The notes beneath the pieces were generated by a model. That model was not told the DNA's origin. It did no database searches and saw only the letters and a program-made list of their open reading frames with translations. Positions 36,001-42,514 of a stretch of 42,514 nucleotides of DNA are shown in pieces; positions within the stretch are counted from its first letter, which is position 1, and the number at the start of each line of letters is the position of its first letter. Origin of the DNA: an uncultured Candidatus Bathyarchaeia archaeon (GTDB lineage: Archaea; Thermoproteota; Bathyarchaeia; Hecatellales; Hecatellaceae). The stretch lies in assembly GCA_964484995.1 (NCBI GenBank), contig CAZAHF010000003.1:4400-46913 (forward strand), written 5' to 3'. The position numbers and the translations under genes are program-made.

Positions 36001-36438
36001 CTAAATTTTAAAAAGATTTAACCCTGTAACCTCATCATATTCTCTTTCAAGAACAATATTCTTAACTTCTAGAAGAAACATTTCAGCTGAAAAAATTGTT
36101 GTTCCCTCATCTAAATGGCCTCCAAAAGTTTTTCCTTCTTTATCTCCAAGAACAAGATGAACATGAGCCATAATTTTACCCTTAAACTTTGAAATATTCC
36201 CTATACATGAAAGAATTTCTAGGGGAAAATCTAAACTAATTTTTGAATATTTTTTCTCCTTTTGGTTATAGTATTTTACCACAGCTTTTCTTACAGCTCC
36301 AACAACCCATAAAACTCCAGCTTCAACTCCTACTTTTTCAGCAAAATCTTCTATTGACTTTAAAAGGTCACCATCAGTTGGAAGTCTAACAACAAAAATT
36401 CTCCCTAATGCTCCCTCAAAAGATTTAGTCACAGTCAT
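36001..36438 (-). CDS. PPC/DUF296 domain protein
   Basis: VRLPTDGDLL, EILSCIGNI, AHVHLVL, GGHL. Confidence 0.9.
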   Translation of the reverse strand: MTVTKSFEGALGRIFVVRLPTDGDLLKSIEDFAEKVGVEAGVLWVVGAVRKAVVKYYNQKEKKYSKISLDFPLEILSCIGNISKFKGKIMAHVHLVLGDKEGKTFGGHLDEGTTIFSAEMFLLEVKNIVLEREYDEVTGLNLFKI

Positions 36439-36593
36439 CTAAACCACCAATCTTGGTTTAATGATAATAGTTATACGTAATCTAACTTTAAAAGTTAACA
36501 GTTTTCACAGATGCTGTTTGCTTAGAATAGCAAGAAATAAAAATGTGGAAGCAATATGAAGGTGTTAGTTAACCACAACAAGAGTGATTTGGT

Positions 36594-37631
36594 TTGTTTA
36601 GTGGATGTTATACAGCCTTAATAACCCCTATGAAGAAAAACATGGAAGTAGATTTTGAAGGACTAAAAAGTCTTGTTGAATTTCAAGTAAAAGAAGGGGT
36701 TTCAGGAATCCTAGCTACAGGAACAACTGGTGAAAGCCCAACATTAACGTGGGATGAGCATGAAAAGGTTATTGAAAAGGTTTATGAGTATACTGGTGGA
36801 AGATGTGTAACCATAGCTGGAACAGGAAGCAATAACACTCAGGAAGCCTTAGAGGCTACAAGACATTCATGGGATTTTGGTGTAAAAAACTTTCTGCTTG
36901 TAGACCCATACTATAACGGGCCAAGTTCTCTTGAAATAAGAAAAGAATATATTGAACCTATAGCAAAAAGCTTTCCAGAAGCTCAAATAATTCCATACAT
37001 AATCCCTGGAAGAACTGGAACCCAGCTTCTCCCTCATGATCTGGCAATTCTTCATAAAACACTTCCAAACGTTAACGCTGTAAAAGAGGCTACTGGAAAC
37101 TTTGAAAACATGAAGCTTATAAGAAAACTTTGTGGATCTGACTTTGATATTCTTTCTGGTGATGATGATAAAACCTATCAGATGATTTTAGACCCGGAAA
37201 TTAATGCTAGCGGAGTTATCTCTGTAACCTCAAATGTAGCTCCTAAAGCTGTTCAAGAATTTGTTGAAGCTTTAAGAACCAGAAACCTTGAAAAAGCTAA
37301 TAGACTTCAGGAAGCTCTTAAACCTCTATTCCAGATAGTTACTGTTAAAACTGAGGAAGAATCTGGTTTTGGAACCGTTTCATGTAGAGCTAGAAATCCT
37401 TTACCCTACAAAGCCTTAATGAATATTCTTGGGATGCCAGCAGGCCCATGTAGACCGCCTTTAGGTAAGCTTACCAAAAAAGCTTTAAACGTTATTCTAA
37501 ACCAAATAAAAATGGTTTATGAAAAAAACCCGGAAATTTTGCAGCCTATAGAGTCCTTTTTTGATGTTAAACTTGAGGAAAGGTTAAACAACAAAAGGTA
37601 TCTTGAGGGATTATACTATGACAGATATTAG
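36594..37631 (+). CDS. dapA: 4-hydroxy-tetrahydrodipicolinate synthase (long form)
   Basis: GTTGESPTL, IAGTGSNNT, PYYN, Schiff-base AVKEATG; first gene of dap operon. Confidence 0.92.
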   Translation: MFSGCYTALITPMKKNMEVDFEGLKSLVEFQVKEGVSGILATGTTGESPTLTWDEHEKVIEKVYEYTGGRCVTIAGTGSNNTQEALEATRHSWDFGVKNFLLVDPYYNGPSSLEIRKEYIEPIAKSFPEAQIIPYIIPGRTGTQLLPHDLAILHKTLPNVNAVKEATGNFENMKLIRKLCGSDFDILSGDDDKTYQMILDPEINASGVISVTSNVAPKAVQEFVEALRTRNLEKANRLQEALKPLFQIVTVKTEEESGFGTVSCRARNPLPYKALMNILGMPAGPCRPPLGKLTKKALNVILNQIKMVYEKNPEILQPIESFFDVKLEERLNNKRYLEGLYYDRY

Positions 37632-38427
37632 GATTTGTGTTGCTGGTGCTACTGGTAGGATGGGCAGCACCCTGATAAGGGAGGCTTTAAACAAGGGAGG
37701 ATTTGAGATTGTTGGTGCTGTTGCTGCACCAAACGAGGAAACAGTAGGTAAAACTCTTTCTGAACTTGGGATTGCAAACCTAAACCTAAAAGTTGTTGGT
37801 GCAGATAGGTTAGAACAAGCCTTAAAGGATGCTGAAATCTATCTAAGTTTTACAACTCCTCAAGCTGAGGTTTCAAACATCCCTATAGTTGCTAAACATG
37901 GAATAAAAATTGTTATGGGAACAACAGGTTTAAACGATGAGCAGAAAAGAATTGTTGAAGATGCTGTTAGAGGGAAGGTTCCAGCTATCTTCTCCCCAAA
38001 CTTTTCTCTGGGTGTAAACATCCTTTTTAAGATTATAAGTCAACTATGTAAAATTCTTCCAGCTGACTACGACATAAGCATAATTGAAGCGCATCATAAG
38101 GGTAAGGTTGATGCTCCAAGTGGAACAGCAAAAAAAATTGTGGATATAGTTTCTTCTATTAGAGGATACAAAGAAAAAGTTTATGGTAGGGTTGGAGTTA
38201 GCAAAAGAAAACCAGAAGAAATTGAGGTTTTTGCTGTTAGAGGTGGAGGTATTCCAGGTATTCATGAATTGGTGGTTGCAGGTCCACATGAAATAATAAA
38301 AATTGAACATTTAGCCTTCTCAAGAAGTGTTTTTGCTCAAGGAGCGCTTTATGCAGCTGAATGGCTGTATAAGCAGAAGGAGCCTAAAATATACAGTATG
38401 GAGGATTTGCTTGAAAACCCACTCTAA
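37618..38427 (+). CDS. dapB: 4-hydroxy-tetrahydrodipicolinate reductase
   Basis: GATGRMG, GTTG, SPNFSLGV, EAHHKGKVDAPSGTA; ATG 37618 preferred over track start 37603. Confidence 0.95.
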   Translation: MTDIRICVAGATGRMGSTLIREALNKGGFEIVGAVAAPNEETVGKTLSELGIANLNLKVVGADRLEQALKDAEIYLSFTTPQAEVSNIPIVAKHGIKIVMGTTGLNDEQKRIVEDAVRGKVPAIFSPNFSLGVNILFKIISQLCKILPADYDISIIEAHHKGKVDAPSGTAKKIVDIVSSIRGYKEKVYGRVGVSKRKPEEIEVFAVRGGGIPGIHELVVAGPHEIIKIEHLAFSRSVFAQGALYAAEWLYKQKEPKIYSMEDLLENPL

Positions 38428-38445
38428 CCCTTTTTTGGTGGTTAG

Positions 38446-39729
38446 ATGAGAATTTCCGGGGTGTTTGAAGGGAGAGGTGGAACCCTTTATATTGATGGTG
38501 TTTCAAGCTTAGAATTAGCTGAAAAGTATGGTACTCCACTATATGTTTTAAGTGAAAAAAGGATTAGAGAAAACTATAGGCGTCTTTATAGAGCTTTAAG
38601 TCTTAACAGCAAAAACTTTAGAATTTACTATTCTGCAAAAGCAAACACAAATCTTTCAGTTTTAAAGATTCTTAGGGATGAAGGAGCCTATGTTGACACG
38701 GTAAGTCCTGGAGAAGTTTTTTTAGCCTTAAAAGCTGGTTTTCCCTCTGAAAAAATTCTTTTTACCGGAACAAGTGTTAAAGATGATGAGCTTAGCTTCC
38801 TTGTAAACTTAAACATCCCTATAAATGTTGACTCATTATCTCAGCTTAAAAGACTCCTAAAAATTAAAACTCCAAAATTTTTGTCTTTTAGAGTTAATCC
38901 TCAAGTAGAAGCGGGACATCATCAACACTGTATAACTGCTGGAAAAAATTCGAAGTTTGGTTTTTGGGAAACCGATGTTGTTGACGGCTATAGGATAGCT
39001 TTAAAGGCTGGAGTAGAAAAGTTTGGGATACATATGCATATTGGTTCAGGAATCCTGGAGGTGGAACCCTTTATATTGGCTATAAAAAAACTTTTAACCA
39101 TAGCTAAAAAGGTTCATGAGGAAACTGGTATAACTTTTGAGCTTATAAATATTGGTGGTGGACTTGGAATTCCATACAAACCAAACGAAAAAGAATTAGA
39201 CTTAACTCTTTTCTCAAATAATGTTTTTGGTTTTCTAAATAGAATGGTTAGGGAGTATGGTTTAGGGGAGCCTGTTCTTTGTATTGAGCCTGGAAGATAT
39301 ATTGTGGGAGATGCAGGGATTCTTTTAACAAAAGTAAACACTGTAAAGGTTACTCCATACAAGAAGTTTGTTGGTGTTGATGCTGGTTTTAATATGCTTA
39401 TAAGACCTGTAATGTATGGTTCCTACCACCATATAGTTGTAGCTAATAAGCTGGATTATCCGGTTGAGGAGACCTATGATATTGTTGGTCCTTTATGTGA
39501 GTCCGGAGATTTTCTTGCTAAAGATAGAAGATTACCAAAAATTGAAGAGGGAGACCTTTTAGCTGTTATGGATGCTGGAGCCTACGGATACGTTATGAGT
39601 TCCCAGTATAACTCAAGACCAAGGGGTGCTGAAGTCTTGGTTATGGATGGGAAACATGAGCTTATTAGGAAAGCTGAAACTTTAGAAGATTTGCTTTTAG
39701 GACAAAAAATTGCAAGCTGGTTAACTTAA
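38446..39729 (+). CDS. lysA: Diaminopimelate decarboxylase
   Basis: YSAKAN (PLP Lys), HMHIGS, GGGLG, EPGRY, CESGD, SQYNSRP. Confidence 0.96.
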   Translation: MRISGVFEGRGGTLYIDGVSSLELAEKYGTPLYVLSEKRIRENYRRLYRALSLNSKNFRIYYSAKANTNLSVLKILRDEGAYVDTVSPGEVFLALKAGFPSEKILFTGTSVKDDELSFLVNLNIPINVDSLSQLKRLLKIKTPKFLSFRVNPQVEAGHHQHCITAGKNSKFGFWETDVVDGYRIALKAGVEKFGIHMHIGSGILEVEPFILAIKKLLTIAKKVHEETGITFELINIGGGLGIPYKPNEKELDLTLFSNNVFGFLNRMVREYGLGEPVLCIEPGRYIVGDAGILLTKVNTVKVTPYKKFVGVDAGFNMLIRPVMYGSYHHIVVANKLDYPVEETYDIVGPLCESGDFLAKDRRLPKIEEGDLLAVMDAGAYGYVMSSQYNSRPRGAEVLVMDGKHELIRKAETLEDLLLGQKIASWLT

Positions 39730-39758
39730 CAGAAAAAAGGGGAAGAGGTGTTTGGTTC

Positions 39759-40592
39759 TTGGCTGGTTTAAAGTTTTGGAAGATGCATGGACTTGGAAAC
39801 GACTATATAGTGGTAGATAATAGAGAAAACATTGTTGATGAGAAAGAAAAATCTAGTTTAGCTTTTAAACTTTGTAAAAGAAGATTTTCTGTTGGAGCTG
39901 ACGGACTGATTTTTATTGAAGATTCAGCTGTAGCTGATGTTAAAATGAGAATTTTTAATTCTGATGGTAGTGAAGCTGAAATGTGTGGTAATGGGATTAG
40001 ATGTTTAGCAAAATACTGTTATGAAAATGGTGTTGTGTTAAAAGAAGAGTTTAAAGTTGAAACTTTAGCCGGAGTTAAAACTGTTTGGCTACATTTAGAT
40101 GGTAAAGAGGTTAGGTCTGTAAAAGTTGATATGGGTAACCCTGTTTTTGAGAGAAGACATATACCTATGGTTGGGGAGGGCTTATGCATAAATGAAAAAT
40201 TTGAGGTTGGAGGTGAAGAGTTTAGGATAACATGTCTTTCTCTTGGTAATCCACATTGTGTTATTTTTTTGGATGAAATAGAAAATTTTCCGGTTGAAAA
40301 GTTTGGGCCGTTAATAGAAAACCATAAGCTTTTTCCTAGAAGAGTTAATGTTGAGTTTGTTAAAGTTCTAAATATGGAGGAGTTAAAGGTTAGGGTTTGG
40401 GAAAGAGGTTGTGGTGAAACTTTTGCATGTGGTACAGGTGCTTGTGCTAGTGTTGTTGCTGGAAGCTTACTTGGAAAGGTTGGTAAAAACGTTATTGTTC
40501 ATTTGGCTGGTGGAGATCTAAGGATTGAATATTCTAAAAACGTGTTTCTTGAAGGTTTTGTTGAAAAAGTTTTTGAGGGTAGACTCTTCTAG
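39759..40592 (+). CDS. dapF: Diaminopimelate epimerase
   Basis: KMHGLGNDY, EMCGNG, GNPH, NVEF, ERGCGETFACGTG. Confidence 0.96.
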   Translation: MAGLKFWKMHGLGNDYIVVDNRENIVDEKEKSSLAFKLCKRRFSVGADGLIFIEDSAVADVKMRIFNSDGSEAEMCGNGIRCLAKYCYENGVVLKEEFKVETLAGVKTVWLHLDGKEVRSVKVDMGNPVFERRHIPMVGEGLCINEKFEVGGEEFRITCLSLGNPHCVIFLDEIENFPVEKFGPLIENHKLFPRRVNVEFVKVLNMEELKVRVWERGCGETFACGTGACASVVAGSLLGKVGKNVIVHLAGGDLRIEYSKNVFLEGFVEKVFEGRLF

Positions 40593-40605
40593 AGGTGGTT
40601 CTGCT

Positions 40606-41784
40606 TTGGAGGAAGAGAAAAAGGCTTTTGCTGAGAGAGTAAAAAGACTTCCACCATATCTTTTTGCTGAAATTGAAAAAATAATTCTTGAGAAAAAAAG
40701 GCAGGGTGTAAACCTTATTTCACTTAGTATTGGAGACCCGGATCTTCCTCCACCAAAATTTATAATTAGAGCCTTAAAAAGGGAGGCTGCAAACCCGGAA
40801 AACCATAAGTATTCTTTTAGTCAGGGGGAGCCTGAGTTTAAAGAGGCTGTTGCAGAATGGTATAAACGAAGATTTGGAGTAAACCTAGATCCGGAAAAGG
40901 AGGTTGTGGCTTTAATAGGCTCTAAAGAAGGAATTGCAAATATTACTCGAGCTTTTATTAATCCTGGAGATAAGGTTTTAACTCCTGATCCAGCTTACCC
41001 TGTTTATGCTTATGGTGGAACAACCTTAAGTGATGGAACACCCATACCTATGCCTTTACTTGAGGAAAATGAGTTTAAACCTAACATCGAATTTTTGGCT
41101 TCCCAAAAAAACGTAAAAATGATATTTTTAAATTATCCAAACAATCCAACAGCAGCTGTTGTTGATAAAGATTTTCTTAAACAGATAGTTGAAATTGCAA
41201 AAGAAAACAATATGATTGTATGTTATGATAATGCTTACTCAGAAATATGTTTTGAAGACTATAAAGCTCCAAGTATTCTTGAAGTTGAAGAAGCTATGGA
41301 GGTAGCAATCGAGTTTCACTCATGCTCTAAAACATTCTGTATGACTGGAGATAGAATAGGGTTTGCTGTTGGAAATAGAAAACTTATAGAAGGGTTGGTT
41401 AAGGTTAAATCTCAAATAGATTCAGGTCCACCAAAATACATCCAAAAAGTTGCAGCAAAAGCTTTAGAAAGTTACCCTAAAAACGGTAAACAACCAAAAC
41501 ATGTAAAAGAATTAAATAAGGTCTACGAGGAAAGAAGGGATACTTTGGTTAAGGGACTGGAAAGTTTAGGAATAAAATGTAGAAAACCAAAAGCAACATT
41601 CTATGTTTGGGCAAATATTAAGCAAAGCTCGATAGAGTTTACAAAAAAACTTTTAGATGTTGGAGTTGTGGTAACACCGGGAATAGGTTTTGGTAGATAT
41701 GGAGAAAATTATGTACGTTTTTCTTTAACAAGACCAAAGGAGGAAATAGAAGAAGCATGTGAAAGAATGAAAAAGATTCTTTAA
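40606..41784 (+). CDS. dapL: LL-diaminopimelate aminotransferase (class I/II PLP)
   Basis: SIGDPD, LIGSKEGI, NYPNNPT, DNAY, EFHSCSKT; TTG 40606 with GAGGTGG SD preferred over 40525; function assigned partly from operon context. Confidence 0.82.
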   Translation: MEEEKKAFAERVKRLPPYLFAEIEKIILEKKRQGVNLISLSIGDPDLPPPKFIIRALKREAANPENHKYSFSQGEPEFKEAVAEWYKRRFGVNLDPEKEVVALIGSKEGIANITRAFINPGDKVLTPDPAYPVYAYGGTTLSDGTPIPMPLLEENEFKPNIEFLASQKNVKMIFLNYPNNPTAAVVDKDFLKQIVEIAKENNMIVCYDNAYSEICFEDYKAPSILEVEEAMEVAIEFHSCSKTFCMTGDRIGFAVGNRKLIEGLVKVKSQIDSGPPKYIQKVAAKALESYPKNGKQPKHVKELNKVYEERRDTLVKGLESLGIKCRKPKATFYVWANIKQSSIEFTKKLLDVGVVVTPGIGFGRYGENYVRFSLTRPKEEIEEACERMKKIL

Positions 41785-41789
41785 CCGCC

Positions 41790-42514
41790 TTATAAAGTTA
41801 AGCCTATCCTGTTAATTGCAAACTCTTTATGGCCTAAAATCTCTGATTTTGTTTTCTTCCCAGATGCAACCTCTAAAAGACATCTAAATATTCGGTTTCC
41901 AGCCTTATTTATAGATTCATCTCCTTTAAGAACAGGGCTTACATCTACATCTATATTATCCTTCATGCTCCCGTAGGTTCTTGGATTACCCGTAACTTTT
42001 ACAACAGGAGTAATTGGTGACCCTATAGGTGTTCCAAGTCCTGTTGTAAACACTATAAGCTGGGAGCCTCCAGCAATTATCCCCGTGATTGATTCAACAT
42101 CATGCCCAGGGGTATCCATTATATACAAACCCTTAGATTGTGGTTTTTCCCCATACTCTAAAACTCCAACTATTGGTTTGTGTCCAGCTTTTTCTATTGC
42201 TCCTAGTGATTTTTCTTCTATTGTTGTTATACCGGCTTTTATGTTACCTGGACTGGGGTTTGCCCCCCTTATATCGCCCCCCATCTCCACAATCTTTTTC
42301 TCTAATCTATGGACGATCTTAAGTATTCTATCAGCTACATCTTTGTTTACAGCTCTTTTTACCAGTAAATGTTCTGCACCTATTAGCTCTGTTGTTTCAC
42401 TTAATATAACAGTTCCACCACCATCTATTATCATATCAGCTGCAACACCAACAGCAGGATTTGCTACTAAACCTGAAGTTGTGTCAGAGCCTCCACACTC
42501 AACACCAACCACTA
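41790..42514 (-). CDS. UxaA/GarD/SuyB family dehydratase, C-terminal part (5' end outside window)
   Basis: ECGGSDTTSG...NPAVG, LSETTELIGAE, NPSPGNIKAGITTIEEKSLG, FTTGLGTP. Confidence 0.9.
   Translation of the reverse strand, partial: VVGVECGGSDTTSGLVANPAVGVAADMIIDGGGTVILSETTELIGAEHLLVKRAVNKDVADRILKIVHRLEKKIVEMGGDIRGANPSPGNIKAGITTIEEKSLGAIEKAGHKPIVGVLEYGEKPQSKGLYIMDTPGHDVESITGIIAGGSQLIVFTTGLGTPIGSPITPVVKVTGNPRTYGSMKDNIDVDVSPVLKGDESINKAGNRIFRCLLEVASGKKTKSEILGHKEFAINRIGLTL

Noticed and set aside
27310-42322. Short ORFs 27310-27528, 27326-27520, 31174-31572, 31574-32131, 32420-32608, 33332-33577, 33723-34088, 35372-35632, 36867-37055, 38044-38310, 39114-39362, 42140-42322
   Set aside because: Antisense or alternate-frame shadows of conserved genes; 31574-32131 mirrors the Ala/Pro/Thr-rich E2 linker.
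1-42514. tRNA, rRNA, CRISPR arrays, transposases, integrases, inteins
   Set aside because: None recognised; intergenic gaps are all under 200 nt, with no cloverleaf or regularly spaced repeats, and protein lengths leave no room for inteins.

Overview
A gene-dense, AT-rich archaeal chromosomal window (by eye roughly 35-38% GC; GC not computed). Gene content (short crenarchaeal-type XPF, Brix-Pcc1-PfdB-DHH run, modified mevalonate pathway, DAP lysine operon, HdrD/GlcF-GlcD pair, variant EF-2) points to a TACK archaeon, most plausibly Bathyarchaeia (inference). In order: a 3'-truncated MBL hydrolase; the tail of the exosome-type superoperon (Cys-rich ORF, Brix, pcc1, pfdB, DHH), hxlB and an EF-2 with RQMT/HTG substitutions; an M24 hydrolase; xpf plus an SPL-like radical SAM gene; an SCP2-like gene and four consecutive steps of the archaeal modified mevalonate pathway; an intergenic C/D box sRNA missing from the ORF track, whose two guides appear to match 23S helix 69/71; a DrrAB-type ABC exporter; UDG4; an orphan acetylene-hydratase-like Mo/W enzyme; chorismate mutase with two DUF131 genes; ykgJ-like; purM; ino1; a ~12.4 kb lipoate-dependent catabolic island (two E1 alpha/beta pairs, one E2, one E3, lipA, lipB, crotonase, FAD oxidoreductase, CCG Fe-S protein) with a nucleotide-identical tract shared by the two E1 beta genes; a dapA-dapB-lysA-dapF-dapL operon; and a 5'-truncated UxaA-family dehydratase. 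No tRNA, rRNA, CRISPR array or mobile element was recognised. All assignments come from motif recognition by eye; no database searches were run.
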